In this document: piece by piece, positions 34,801 to 49,439 of the stretch | Numbering within the stretch: the stretch's first letter is position 1 | How the letters are laid out: every line of letters starts with the position of its first letter | NCBI GenBank assembly: GCA_013265495.1 | Contig: MU058645.1 | Span: forward strand, 1,034,995-1,098,994 | Reading direction: 5' to 3' | Length of the DNA: 64,000 nt | Origin: Vicugna vicugna | Lineage: Eukaryota | Position numbers and translations under genes: made by a program | Notes under the pieces: model-generated | The model's database searches: none | What the model was told of the DNA's origin: nothing | Seen by the model: the letters and a program-made list of their open reading frames with translations, nothing else

Positions 34801-37800
34801 CACTTTCCTTATGAAACTGTAACCGAGGGGTTTGAAAATGTCAATAGACTTCCCCAAAGACTTTATTTATTGAGTGAGAATATTTTACAGTCTCAAAATT
34901 TTAAATACTTAAATTTCACTGAGTTTTTTCTGGAGGGCAGATATAAAACACCAATGTGGGAACTAATATTATTACTGATATCTTGAGGACAAGAGAGGTT
35001 ATAGAGCCATGAGTAATGTTCATCACCTTAGGCATTTAAGGCAACACTTTCTCACTAAAAAATTGTTACACTACAACCCAGTACTTCTGACAGACAAGGG
35101 AAAGCCAAGCTCTCTCTGAAAGTATTTACATGCAACTTGAATAATCCAGTTTACGAGTAAGTGCACCTTATTTATTTTCCGAAAAGCTTTAAATGTTCAC
35201 CTTTGTGAGACAAATAGGACAAGTAAATGTAAAGATGTGTGTTATACGCACTGAGCAAAATTAAGGTCAATATTAGGTTAATGTTTATTAAAACAAAACA
35301 ATCACATTAATAACATTATTTGAAGATATATGTAAAATTCAATAAAGCAAATTTATGTCTAGAGTTGTGACTTTTTTTCCTCCAGAAATCTGGAACAAAA
35401 TATCTTTCCTTAAATGTGCTTACTGTACTGTATTTAGTGAAAAGACAAGCCTTAGTAAGCGGATTGTCTGCATGGGAGCATGGATCAGCTCATTCTCAAT
35501 AAGAATTTAAGACGCCATCAGCCTTCTACACAGTCCTGCCTATATGAGCGGAAGCAAGGACTGGCTCCTTTCAAACCTGTAATTTATGAGTTTATTCAAA
35601 CCCGCCAAATTGCTTTGTGTAAACGCCTTTCACATTTAAAAATTCCCATGGCAACTCATTTAGTTTGGCAGACAGGAAGACCTAATTCAAACCTTTTATC
35701 CAGCAGCTAAACCATTACAATGGTAATTCTGCTCTGACACTCTGAAGAGACTGCTAACTGCTGTACTCTGGGTCTCTAGACAGATTCCCCATTCAGATTA
35801 AAATGGTTGTGCAAAGCAGAAAACAGCAGCAACACCCCCTTTACATGAGAGAGATGCTCTCTCTAATTACAGCTCTATCAAGGGGCAAGTGCATTACAGC
35901 TAGACTTCTTTTAATATATCTTTGAATACCTTACCTTCTTTCCCAATAAAATGAAAAGGAGGCTAAGGAAACCAGAGATTTCAGTTACCGATCCTTTGGT
36001 CAAGAACTAAATGCAGGGCCATCATTAACAATCCAGCTAAAAACTCTAAGATAAGACTACTCTATCTCCAGAGTCATTACCTCTCTTCCTGGCCTACTCT
36101 TGAACTCTTTTCATGTATCTTCAGGTTATAATTAATACACAGTAATCTATGAGTCAGATGGCTGTGGTATTAGACAGAAGACAATCCTTGGGAAATATGG
36201 AAAGGAAACAATAAAAAAATTTTTTGATGGATCTTTCTCTTTCTACTACTCTCCCAAATTATGATGACATTGACAAACGTAGTTTTTTTAACTGAATTTA
36301 AATTACTTCCGATAATCTTTTTTGAATTTTGTAATAATGTCTTAAAATAACTGGCAACAACTTTAAATTTCAAAATCCTCAGCTGGAAATCTGTTAGAAT
36401 CCATTAGGCCAATTATTTGGTTTAATACTACTGAGCTCTACGTGTATAAATGCTTTCATAAAGAGAACAGCTATATATTCAAAACTGATTCACGGTCAAG
36501 TTCTCAAATACCTATAAGCAAACTTGAAGAGAAAGAGGAAAAAAAGGACAAGCTTATACCCACCATAAAGCAAAAAAGTAAAACGAGCACTTTATGAATT
36601 ATCTGGGACTGGTGGCATCTTGTGTACCAAGGCTGATCTTAAATTAGGAGACAATGTTAACTTCAACGGACTGCAATCACTTAACTTCTCTACCTCAGGC
36701 TAGTGCGGCTCAGCTGGCTCAGTCTTCCCAATCTAGTATCCCAGCTCCCAACAGAACTCTGTTATCTCTACTCCTACTGAAAGCAAGGAAAATCGGAATG
36801 AGGAAGGCAAGAGTGACCAAGAGGAGATCTGGGCATACATCCCTCACCTTTACTTTCCCAGTCAGTCTTCATAGCAACAATATTCCCCTACTTCCCTTTA
36901 GAGAAGATGAGAAAAGATCTTAGCTAATTAATGATTAAAAGATAGTATTATTCATTATTTTTCAAGTAACTGGAATGAAAAACAATTAAAAGAGGCATAG
37001 TATCTGATCCTTGAGATGGCAGATGCACTCCCATAGTGAGTGTGGGTGTGTGTGTACGTGGTGGGGGGAGAATGTGCCTATGTTTGTGTGTGGTGGTGGG
37101 GGGGCGTGGAGAAACTTTTATACATGTTATTTTTAGTAATATTCGATGGTTCACAATCTTCTTATTTATTATGCCACTCTAAACAAAAACTTACATTGAT
37201 GAGATCATGGACTTGCAATGAGGGTATATTCTGGAGCTAGGGAACAGAACTACTTTCTTTTGGTGTGGTGCCTCCTGTGACTAGGAACGAGCTTCTAACT
37301 GACATGGCTAATGATGCAGTTGAGGTAATCAATCCATATAACATTAAAAAAAAAAAAAAAGAAAAGAGGGAATGTGTCTTGTACTTCCATATAACTAAAA
37401 TAATAACTTTTACCTTTATAAAGTCCTTCTAAGGCAAGTAAGCAACAATAACCCAATTTTACAAATGAGGAAGTAAAAGTTCTGAGTTAAAGTGACCGTC
37501 CCTGACCATATATAACTTGTGCAATTCTACTGCACCTGTTACCACTTTTAATGACTTGAAATGCACAACTCCCTACCTCTAAAATGCATATATACTCATC
37601 TCCTTTGTCTCTGGGAACTCTGTCTCTTGAAGTTCTAGCTCAAGTCTCATCTACCTACGTGAAGTCTTCTTCCCTAAGTACCCCGGTCCACTGTGAACCT
37701 GTATAACATCTTCTATAACACTGACTGCCACCTATATACTGCTTGTACTATCTCTATAGAAAGTATTATACATAAAATAATTGGCCCTAGGGGTGGGGGC

Positions 37801-37994
37801 AAAGACTTCAAAATTAAAACAAGGGGAAAGTTGCCATTATATAAAACAAAGAGTGAATTTTTTTTAATGATGCAAAACTCTGTTCATATAGGGTATGTAA
37901 GCTATATATACACAGATACACATATGTGAATATCAAATTAGATTGCCATTTCAGTGCCATCAAGGAGAACACACTACTATGCATATTACTACAA

Positions 37995-39830
37995 TGAATG
38001 AATGGAGATTTTCACACAACTCTTTCAATAATTAACAAAAACAGGGGAAAAAAATGGATAAGGACAGACCTGACTGTTTTCAACCACGTTCACCTAAATG
38101 ATATTTATGAAACATATACCCAACTACTGCAAAATATGTGTCTTTTTAAGTGTAAATGGGATGGTCACCAAAATAGACAATATGATGGAATTTAAAAAGT
38201 TCCAAATATTTGGAAACATTTGGAAATAATCCATTAGTCAAAGAAGAAATCATGAAAAAAATTAAAATATTTTGAAGTGAATGGTAATAAAAATACAATA
38301 TATTATGTTCGAGATGCAGTTAAAGCATTATTCAGAGAGAAATTTTTATCTATAAAACAAATGTCTCAAAAGTAGAAAAGAAAGGTCTTAAGTCACTAGT
38401 CTTCCACCTTTAATAAGTGTGAAAATAAAATTAAACCCAAGTAAAGTACAAAGAAAGGATAAAAGCAGAAATCAGTGAAATAGAAAAGGAACAAACAGAG
38501 AAAAATCAACAAAACCAAAAGCTGGTACTTACCCCATTAAAAAAATCAATAAAATGAATAAAGCTCTAGAGCTAGATTGGTCAAGGAAAAAAGAAGTCAC
38601 AAATTACTAACATAATAAATGAAAGCAAGGACATTACTAAAGATCCTATGAATCTTATGAGCAACTTAATGACAAAAATTTTAACAACTTAGATGACAAG
38701 GACAAATTCCTCAAAAAATACAAAAACAAGAAAGAAAAAAATCTAAGAAGTTTTATATTTATGAAAGAAATTGAATTTGTAATTAAAAGCCTTCCTACAA
38801 AAACACAAGACAAAGGCAAGCCATGGATTAAAATATTTGTTCGATAAAGGATTTATTCCCAATATATATAAAGAACCACCTTAACAGTAAAAAAGAAGAC
38901 AAGCCAATAAAAAAAGATAAAAAGATTTAGATACTTCATCAAAGGTAGATGAATTCTCAAGAAGCACATGGAGGTATGCTCCACATCATTTGTATTCAGA
39001 GAAATAAAAATTATACCTACAAAAGGTGAAAGAATAAACAAACTGTGGCATATATATTCAATAATGATCAGCAAAAAGGAACAACCCACTGATGCATCAT
39101 GCAACAGCATGGATGAACCTCAAAAAAAAAAAAAAAAGCCATGCTGCATGGCACAAAATTTTTCATTTTATATGAAATCTAGAAAAGGCACACTGATCTA
39201 AAAAAGGTGAACTCATGCAACCAGAGAGTAGAAAGGTGGTTGCCAGGGGATGGGGTGGGGCGGGGGAAATGGGGAGATGTTCATCAAAGGGTACAAACTC
39301 TCAGCTATAAGATGAGTAAGTTCTGGGGAAATAATGTACAGCATGGTGATTACAGTTAATAACACTGTAGTGCACTCCTGAAATTTGCTAAGGGAGATCT
39401 TAAGCATTCTCACTTAAACACACAAAAAAGTATGTGAGGTGATGAATATGTTTAACGACTGTGATAATCATTTCACAATGTATATGTGTATCAAATCATC
39501 ACACTGTACACCTCAAAAAAAGCACACTGTAACAATCTAAACACAAACAATTTTTATCCATCAATCATTATTAACCAATAAAGCTGAGGGTAAAAATTAA
39601 GTTTCGAGACCACAACAGGAAAAAAAAGGCAAAATTAACCCCAATCCCTGGAGGTATGGGCAAATGGTTAACTGATGGCAAAAGGGTAAGAGAGAAACTT
39701 TCTGGGGTGATGGTAATTTGACTGTGGTAGTGGTTTTAAGTGTATACAGTTGTCAAATGACAAACTGTACATTTGTTCAATTGTTCATTTTAATGAATGA
39801 GTTTTTATTATATGTGTAAAAAAAAAAAGA
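37995..39830 (+). mobile_element. Degraded L1M ORF2/3' fragments with a nested younger L1MA 3' end (~39210-39590)
   Basis: A-rich ORF2 remnants (ggagattttcacacaactctttca, aacttagatga...gacaaattcc); nested tcaaagggtacaaactctcagctataagatgagtaagttctgg. Confidence 0.8.
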
Positions 39831-40229
39831 AATTCCTCAAGAGTTTTTTCTTCATGTCTTCAAATGACTATTCTTCACCATTGAAAAAGAAAAAAACAGC
39901 TCATATGTATTTAAATCAGACTCATAAGTCTCTGGATTATTTCTCAAACAGGTATCTCTACAACACTAGATGTGAATATACTGAGAAACAAAAATTTGAT
40001 GGTCAACTGAATTTGGAAATGGTTTCTACAGGAGGTTCACAATACTCAATAGTATATTAAAGGCTTCCATTACCCTGAATACCTATGAAAAGTATCTAAT
40101 GGAATACAGTTAGGGAAATGCTGCTGCCCTAAATATTAAACATCCTGCTTTAAATAGTTTTCTGCACCCCTACTGTGCTAAAATACAGTCAACCTGGAAT
40201 AAGTCTTTGTTAATCTGAACAGAATACTA

Positions 40230-41080
40230 GAATAGCTACACTTGGATAGCTAACAGGCATCTCAAACTTACTAGATCTAAAACTGGGTTACTAATAATCT
40301 CTTCAAAATCTGTTCCTGCTAACATTTTCTTCATCAAAGTAATAGCAATTATATCCTTTCAGCTGCTCACGCTAAAAATCTTGGTGTCACCCTTGACATC
40401 TTGCTTTCTAACATTCCATAGAAAATCCATTACCCAAACCTGCCAGTTTCATTTAAATATGCTCAGAGTCAGACCATGCCTTGCCACTATGGCAGCACTG
40501 GCCCAACCTACCATTACCTCTCCTCTGAATTAATGCAACAGTCCAGCAATTGGTAAAGTTTTTCTGTAATGGGCCAGACAATAAATGGCTTTTCTGGGCA
40601 TATGGTCTCTGTGGCAGTTACTCAACTCATCACTGAAGCGTAGAAGCAGCCACAGGTAATATGTAAATAAATAACCATAAGCATGGCTGTGTTTCAATAA
40701 AACTTGTTAACAGACGATAAAATTTGAATTTCGTATAATTTTGACATTTCATGAAATTTTCTTTTTCAAATATTATTCTTCCAATTTTTCCCCAGTCATT
40801 AAAAAATATAAAGACTATTCTCAGCTCATAGGCTATTCAAACACAGGTGAAAGATTGGATTTGACCCATGGGCCATAATTTACAGACTCCTACAGAAGCT
40901 TCCTTTCTTTCACTCTTATGTTCTTTATTCTGCTTTAAACAGAGAAGGCCAGTAACCCTTATTTATAGAATATTAATCAGATCATGTCATTCCCCTGTCC
41001 TTAAGCACTCCAATGGTTTCACCCATCCTAGACCAAAAGCCAAAGTCCTTAAAATAGTCAACAAGGCCCTGTATAATAAC
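40230..41080 (+). mobile_element. L2 fragment interrupted by a MER58-like hAT-Charlie element (~40545-40890)
   Basis: L2 motifs aacaggcatctcaaactta and cagatcatgtcattcccct; MER58 motifs ttttctgtaatgggccaga and catggctgtgtttcaataaaactt. Confidence 0.75.
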
Positions 41081-43849
41081 TGATCAATTGTCCTAATATG
41101 TACATGAGGATATTAAGACCAAATTAATTAAAAGTAGGTTTAGATACTGTGTTATAAAAGGCAAAAAGAAATGTAAATTTATAGCATATTACATCAGTGC
41201 AGCAAGAATAAAGAAAATGAAAGCATGTGATGACAAAATTAGAAAATGAATAAATTAATACACAAGCTCTCTGCAAGGATCCAATCTATGTTAAAGTGAC
41301 TTGAATAGTAATATATAAAGATAAGAAATCATTATTTCACAGAACTCTGTATACGTGTAAGCACGTTAGGTAAATGTTAAGCTAAGACTATAAGGAGTTC
41401 AGCCAAGAAATTTAACAGCCCAGTTTATTTTGAAAGGCTCACAGAAAGTGTGACAATTATGATGTGAATAAGAACAAGCATTAAAATGTCATCTGAAGAA
41501 AGTCTTCTAATTATAATAATAAACAAGTTATACAAACGTATCTAAAAACCTATAAGGCTTAGATATATAAAAACTGGTAACTGCCATTTGTCTAATTACA
41601 AAATAATAATTTATTACAGGGTTACATTAAATTAGTAACTGCATTGCATAAGTTTAATTAAAGAAACAAATGTGTCAAAAAGCAAACAGAACCACTTTCC
41701 AAGATGGCCTACTAGCAAACAAAAATGATCAACATATCCTGTCTTAAATATTTAGCTAAAATTAGTAAATACTCTACAATGTAAAACTGTCAGAATCATA
41801 AAAGCGATACAGTTGTTCTACCCAATTAATTTTCAGAACAAAGCAGTTACATAAAATCAGAAACCACAAAAGCAGAATCACAGATCCCTGGTAATTCCAA
41901 GTAATGCTGATTTCCTCATAGGGTGCACTTAAAATAAGAAGGCTATCACTGTATCAAATCTTGACACCATTGTTTCTTCTTATACAACCTTTGCCCAATG
42001 TTCTACCTACATAATTAGCAAAATTCTATCAGTCACTCTGAGGATTTCATCATAATCATTTTAGGAGGAATAAACTTTTTTCACTCATTTTCTTATACTG
42101 CATCCTAGTACTTCAAAATTCTTCCCATTTATAAGACAAGTTGGAGAGAACAAATACATATAACACAGGTGAAATTTTACTTTACAGTAAAGTTATCTTT
42201 ACTTAAAGATAGTTACATGAAGCTATCTAAACTCCTAAAATTAATTATTTCATAAATATTTTCCTTCTGACTTTAAAATACTTTTCTTCACGACTACCTC
42301 TACTTTGTTTACAGTTAAGAGCCACTTCTTCGGTATATAACAAAGAGTTTCAAGGCAGATAACTCACTTGTCACCCCACTGTCCAAGGAGTGAAATGGCA
42401 AATCACTGATAATCTTTAATATGATTTACATTAAAAAAAATCACTCTTACTAACTTATGAGAGAATGAACTGAATGGAGTAAGACTAAAAGTGAAACAAG
42501 ATTATTTCGACTAGGTCAACATGAATTTATGTGCTCAAGAATACTTCGGAGGTAGAGTTAAGCCAGCAGTGATTTCTGCCAAGGATGACTTAACTCCTCA
42601 AAGATGAGCAGAATCAGGACACCGCTCACTAGTTCTTTTCTATGGGTGAGTATGATTTAATTTTCACAAAATGTCACATTGTAATTAGGACAGTATACTG
42701 AAGACCGCAGGAATCTGAAGGAAGTATATAGTTCAGGTTTATGGAAATGAGATTTAAGTAACTGATTAATTGTACTTATGATGAAAAGGATTATTTTTAG
42801 TAGATATTTGATGGTAACAGATTTAGACTTGCCAGACAAAAACACTACATGTAACTAGAGAAATAACTCTTACCTAGTTATGCATGGTTTATTTTGTGAT
42901 ATAAGAAACAAAAGAGATGAAAATAAACAGATTATTAAAATTAAAGAAACATTTGAAATAAAAATGGCACTATCCCGAGTAAATGAGTTTGTTAGGTAAA
43001 ATATTATGATTCTACCAATGAATGGTGATCATCTCAAAACCCTTTATTACCTCTGTAATGAAATTAGAATACTGAACAACTTTCTGAAAAAAATAATTAC
43101 TAATTGCTCTAATAATGCTAAGGTTTCTCTGAGTCCATGTGCTTGCCGGAAAAAAGAACCTACTTCATAAGGCTGTTCTGAAACCCCAATTTGAATTTAA
43201 TGATTTGAACTCCAAACATTTAGTTACGTGTGGTTATAGAAATTGAAACACTTTCAAATCATCACAATTACTAACAACAAAACAAATTAGAATCGTGTCA
43301 TATAGAGTACAAGTACAATCTTTACCCAGATTTATTAACCTTAAAAACCTATAGATGTAAGCTATAAACTGGAATATTTATTATATTTAATTATGAAATT
43401 TTAAATCAAGCACAAAGTCTACCACTCTCCCCTCCCCAACCCCAGGTCCCTCAAGCCAGGTCTAGATCTTTTGCTATGTAACATTAAACATACTGGGCAC
43501 AAACACATTAAAATACGCACAAGTCTCTTTCTACATCCTTCCAAAAAAGAACCTATTTCTACACGGTTAGGGAACAGACATTTACACTGAAATAATATGA
43601 AGATAATTCCACACTTCAGCTACAAATTCATTCTGTAAATGATGATGTAAACCAAATCACATTTCCCACAGAAATGACGTGTACCTAGGGATTGTGTACC
43701 TGTTAAAGATGTGAACATAAAGATAAAAATAGTTTTTGTTTAAAAAATTTTCCTTAATATAAAAATTAACCTAATTTAAATAGTTTTAAGAACCATGAGA
43801 ATTATTTTCTTCACATATTTGTGACTGAAAGGCTACTTTAAGAAACTAT

Positions 43850-44075
43850 TAGAAAAGCAAAGATTAAAAACTGGTAATACTCAGAGGGGTTTGTGACTGT
43901 GTTGAGAAACCAGGCATTTTCACCACAACACTGGCAGGACTGTAAACTGGTACAAATTTTCTGGAAGGCAACTTAGAAATTTTAATATGAGTGAAGTAAC
44001 TGAAACTTAAAATGCACTTACCCTTTAACCTAGTAACTCTACTTAAAGAGATTTATTCTAGAAGTATATATGCAC
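43850..44075 (+). mobile_element. Old L1ME-like fragment
   Basis: ctggcaggactgtaaactggtacaaattttctggaaggcaa...ccctttaacctagtaactctactt. Confidence 0.6.
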
Positions 44076-44369
44076 AAGTTAATTAACTCTGCTTGCCAAA
44101 TTAATGCAACATCTCTCACTGAAGAGCACTGTCCACTGCTGGACACTCTGCTGCTGTGTATTTAGAGGCGCCCTCAGAAGGCCAAGGCATCACCATGGAG
44201 TGGGAGGCTGATACGGAGCAGAGGGTAAGAACTGAAGGTGAAGCAAAAAAACAGCTGAGAGGCCAAGAGTACTGAAAGGAGCATTTACATAAATAATGAA
44301 ATCTTAGGGGAAAATTTTTCAACTCCTTTTCCCCTTGTCCCATTTTCTTAAACCCACCATCCAAAAAAA

Positions 44370-45610
44370 CCTTTCGCAAGGTCACCAATGACCACTACTT
44401 GCCAAATCCAATGGTTAACTGTCCATTCTTATTTTAACTGAACCATCTTCAGCAACAAACATTCTCTTGGCTTTCCAGACTCCACACTCTTGGTTTTTCT
44501 ACAACCTTAGTAGCTCCTTTCCTTGGTCACCTTGCTGGATCCTCCTCTTCCTTCCTGACCTCTTATTTGGTGGAGTACCTGGGGCTCAGTCTCAGACCAC
44601 GTCTTCTATATCTTTACCCAATGTCTAGATGATATCATCCAGTCCCATGGCCCTAAAAGCTTTTGACAAGATGACGACTCCAAAATCGACATATTCTAGC
44701 CCCACTTTCTCACCTTACCTGATTGTTCATAACCAAATGCCGAGTCAACATTTGGTATTTCAAGTTTTACACTTCTAAACCCATTTTCTTGACTTGTGCC
44801 TCCAACAGCATAAACAGAAGAGAACTCCAATTGCTCAGGGTAAAAAAACCTTAAAATCAATAGCTAATCCATCAAAATTCCTGCCAGCTTTACATTCAGA
44901 ATAAATCCATAATCAGACTACTACTCATACTTCGAAACTAGTCCCAATTACTCTCATCTCTTACCTGAACTACAAATGCTCGCACACTGGCATCTTTGCC
45001 TTCACCATTGTCCTCAAAGTCTATCCTTTATTCAGAATGATCTTCTGAAACATAAATTACACCATGTTGCTCCTCTACTCAAATTCCTCCAATAACTTTT
45101 CATCTCCCACTAAGATCAATGTCCTTAACATGGTCACAGGCTTCTGTAAATTGACATCTCCTCCTTCCCACACTAACTTGACTTTCCAGCACTCTTCCAC
45201 CTGCCTACTAAGTTCCTCACTGGATCTCCTTGAACCACCTGAAATACGTCTCAGAGTCACTGCACTTTCTATTCTCTTTGCTTAGAGAGCTCCTTGAATA
45301 TCCAAATGACTGCACCACATTTCAATCAGGTATTTTTTTCCTTCAGACATCATAATCTCAGAGGCACTTTCCTAATCCAAGGTTCTCTAGTCCCTTATCC
45401 TGCTTTGTTTTCCTTCACATCACTTTATCACAAATTAATACAGCTTTTGTCTGTTTTTTGTTTATCATTAGTAATCTAACTTGCCCCTCCCCTCAACCAG
45501 AGGGTAAGCTTCATGATGGAAGCACTTTGTTGCTCAGCTTTATTTATTCTCTGTATTTTCAACAGCTGACATAGGAAAAGTATGTAATAAGCATTTCTTG
45601 AATGAATTAT
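44370..45610 (+). mobile_element. L2 3' region
   Basis: caaggtcaccaatgacc...gccaaatccaatgg, tcatccagtcccatgg, terminal aataagcatttcttgaatgaat. Confidence 0.8.
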
Positions 45611-46299
45611 AAAAGCCCAGAGGTGAGAAGATCGAGGAAATTCAAATAAATACAGAATGACTCAATCTGGAAGTATGGTATGGAATGTGTGTCTACATGT
45701 GTATGTACTTTAGGTATGGGGGACAGTGAAAAATGAAGCCTGAAAGGTAAGCCACGGCAAATCATGAAGAAACTTGCAAGGCCATGTTAAGGAATTCTGT
45801 ATTCCTTTCTCAGAGTAAGAGGGACCACTAAAAGGTTTTTAAGCTGGGAAAAGTATGACTAGACTATAATGCAAAGAGCAGTTTGAGGTGCCCAAGACTA
45901 CTAGTACAGACACCAGCTGGGGGCTCTGAAATTACTGTGGCTTGAATTAGGGTAAAGAAAATTAAAAAGGAAGAAGATTATATGGTTTAACAGTGTATAA
46001 ATATAGATTCAGCTTATATTTAACCTGTTTGTTTATACCTATATCAAACAGAATTTACATAAAATTCTTTTCTTCCAAAGGGCTAATTCTGTCAAGTAAA
46101 TGATAAATGTTTATTTGCAGAACAGACTATCTGGGGAATAAAAAACAGCAGATGCCATACTCATTTATGTAAATGTCAATAAATTTTTGTTAGAATACTT
46201 AACAATATTCCTAGTTATTTCAATAGCAAGTTAGGGTCTGCATTTCCATTTATTTTTTACTAATATAAAAATACTTTAATAATAACTTAAAAGCCAATA

Positions 46300-46490
46300 C
46301 AGTTGACCCTTGGACAATGTGGGTTTGAACCATGCAGGCCCATATATACATGAATATTTTTCAATAGCAAATACTACAAAACTACTTGGTCTGTCGTTGG
46401 TGGAATCCTTGAATGTAGAGGAATCACAGATCGGAGGGCCGTCTATAAGTTGAATGTGGATCAACCTCTGAGTTGTTCAAGGATCAACAG
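46300..46490. mobile_element. Tigger2-type (TcMar) internally deleted element with both TIRs and TA target duplications
   Basis: ta|cagttgacccttggacaa ... ttgttcaaggatcaacag|ta. Confidence 0.85.
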
Positions 46491-47170
46491 TAATGTATTT
46501 TTCATTGAAAAAATACTCTGGTAATAATTCAATCGTCATTTCTAAAAGCTACTAAAATGTCTGTAAAAATGAAGACAAGACAAAATGGAGGGCAGGTTTA
46601 AGAGGGGAGAGAAAAGAGAATGGAAGGGGGAAGAGAGCATTAGGTACCAGGGGTCCTCTCTTATGAGATGTCAGCCTCCAAAATTCTTTTTCATCTCTTA
46701 CCTGCACCCCTAAATATGAATGCCAATAGCAAATAATGTGCTCCCACTAATACAGCTTACTCAATATAAATATTAACTCGTACAGACTTCCATAAACTCA
46801 TTAATTGTTTGCAATGAGAAACTGCTCCACAAAAGAGCTTTCATTATCTGATGATGTACCTACATTCTTACCCTGCAACACAGTGACACAAAGACAATAA
46901 TACTTCTGAACAGTAGGCCGCTGAGTTTGCTCCCCTCACAACACTTCCTTCATAGAAAATAAGCAAGCTTTCCCAATTGAGGATTGGAGCAACTTTTATG
47001 TTTGTCTATTTTTCTACAGTAAATGACTTATAAATTATTTTTATGTTTTCTGCTTAAATAAAATTGCTAACAAATAACAACCTATTATTTATTAACATAA
47101 ACATTATAACTTAAAATTAAATTGAAAAAAGTGTCAGGCCCAAATCTAAGATTTGGAAATTATTACTTAC

Positions 47171-47314
47171 TGCAGGTACCAGTAATTTCTTCACTTCCTC
47201 AACGGCTCTCTTCAGTTTGATTTCTGCTCTGTTTTGAGCGTCTTCCACAGTGATCAGTACATGTAAATCTTCATTGAGATGCTCCCAATTAGGCTTGCCT
47301 CGATTTTGCTCCTC
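47171..47314 (-). CDS. QKI: QKI exon 4 (144 nt), C-terminal part of the KH domain: [48 protein letters not shown]
   Basis: Acceptor ttttag at 47316-47315; donor GCA|gtaagt at 47170; phase 0-0; translation matches QKI. Confidence 0.98.
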
Positions 47315-47489
47315 CTAAAAAATTTATAAAGCATACTATCACAAATTTTTCTTCTCAGAGAGAGTATATCTTTCATAGTAATACCCTTCTGCCAATTATG
47401 TAAGCTATGCTTGCACTGTTTCGCTATGACATTATAAACCTTTTAAATTCTTTTCCGGACAAAAAGCCTGTGAGACTGCTGGATGCTGA

Positions 47490-47800
47490 CGGATGAGTCA
47501 ACAAGTACTTGTTGAGCACCTACTCTGTAGTAAGCAGGAGCCAGATGCTAAGAAGACAAGGTTGAGCAAAGCAATCACAACTCCTGCAGTGCTCTCACGT
47601 ACTAAGACAGTTATGTACAAGTGTTATCCTTAGATTATCATGAAGAGCATATTACTATTTCCATATATTACCTGAGCAAATGGAAGGTCATCAAGGTAAT
47701 TTAAGCAAGTCATTTGTCAAGGTCACAGAGCTAATAACTTGCCAATTTAGGAACTGAATCAACATTTTCATTCTCAAATTCTGAGATCTTTCCATTTCCG
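47490..47800. mobile_element. L2 end plus MIR fragment just upstream of exon 4
   Basis: caacaagtacttgttgagcacctact; tttgtcaaggtcacagagctaa. Confidence 0.6.
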
Positions 47801-48699
47801 TTACAACTACTTTTAATAATCCTAGCCGAAATCAAGATTAGAAAAAGCATTTTGCAAACAGACATTATTGTGTAAGACAAATGTCACTTGCCTTAAGTAT
47901 TTCAAGTAGTAATTGTGGAACCATTTCATTATAATAATAATCACAAGAAATAAATGAAAGGACAGTCTTAACTGTATTTCTATCAGGCCTCAGTTTAGAA
48001 CCAGTGAACTGTAAGGTCACTCTTTAAATCACATCAGCTCATACATACTAGTTTAATAGAGAACATCTATGTTTCAGTTCCTTCACATCTTCAGATCACC
48101 TAGTGATCCTCGCGCTGAAAACACTGTCAAGCTACAGGTAGGTTTAGAAGTAGAGTTAGCCATACCTCCCTTTTACCTAAGATACAATAATTTCAGAATT
48201 GCTTCTTGCTTTAAATGTTAGAGATAATATATACATATATTTATAAATGTAAAATTTTAAAGATTAAAAAATAAGAATATAACTTTATAAACAATATAAA
48301 AATGGTATAAATACATGCATATGGTTCAGTGTAAGATTTGGAAATTGTAACCAAAATACAAATGATAAACAATGTGTTGTTGAACTTTCATCTTTAAAAG
48401 ATCTCTACTTAACTAAGTCGCAAGATTGCAATAAAAGAAAGTAAAACTGGTATAAATCAATAAAACTGGCATAATAAAACAGCTTTCTACTACAACACAC
48501 GTTTGCAGAGGTCGTGCCAGGAAAAATTCTATGGAACTTGGTCAACAAGGATAGAAATAAATTCTAAAATTAAGTATAAGCTTCTGCCTTTATTTTCTGT
48601 TAATATCACTAGTGTGAAAATGCACCAAATGTTTTGAGAGCAAATGAGAAATGAAACAGAACACATCCACCTATGGTAGGCCATGTACATATCTACATG

Positions 48700-49225
48700 T
48701 TCCTAAGGAGTGAACTCAGAGATACAACAATGTGCTCATAGGGGGACCACGGGGTATTTGAAATTTCAAGGGAAACAGCAATAGTCGATGTCTGTCAGAA
48801 ACCATGCAAACTTCTAGCTCAAAATATTTGACTTTTATCAATATTAGATCATGCTACATTCCTTTCAATGATGTCATATCTTTGCAATGCTAGGTTTTCA
48901 GTGGTTGCTGTAGTAAAAAGCTAAGTCCATGCAAAAATCAGTGTGAAACAGGAAAAGAGAGTAGCAGTGGCCAACTTGATTCCTAAGTTTGAGAAGCGGA
49001 ACAGTACTCAAGAGAAACACAAGTTCACTAATAAATAACATGGCTACTTAGAAATAAAATTAAAAGATTTTTTTTAAAAAATTTAAGTTGTTTTAATAAA
49101 CTGATTAAGTTGTTTGGAAATAATCATTTAATAATAAGAAAAACTATTAAGTATTTCTTCTCATCTAGGGGGACATCATGAAAAACTAGGAGACTTAAGG
49201 AGTCAAGAAACTGGGAACCTCAGGG
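48700..49225. mobile_element. Charlie1-like hAT relic
   Basis: Similarity to recalled consensus ggttttcagtggttgctgt...aaaatcagtgtg...gattcctaagtttgagaag. Confidence 0.6.
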
Positions 49226-49439
49226 TTATCTGTGTGTGAAATACAAAATGTGTACATGTACTTCTACTATGGCAATAAAAACCAATTTTAAATTCCAGAT
49301 TTTTAAGTCAAAAATGTTGAAAATATTTTCTTACTAAAATCTGTATTTTTAATTGTCAATTTTTTATAGACAGATCTAAAACTTCCCTGTTATTTTTTTT
49401 AAATGAATCCAAAAGTGTTGCTACATCCATACAAATAAG

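Noticed and set aside
41626..41767. QRE-like UACUAAU sites deep in intron 4
   Set aside because: Far from any processing signal and within chance expectation for AT-rich DNA; not supportable without CLIP or conservation.
47171..47314. Back-splicing (circQKI) involving exon 4
   Set aside because: Plausible from the long flanking introns, but partner exons and pairing elements are outside the window or not visible.
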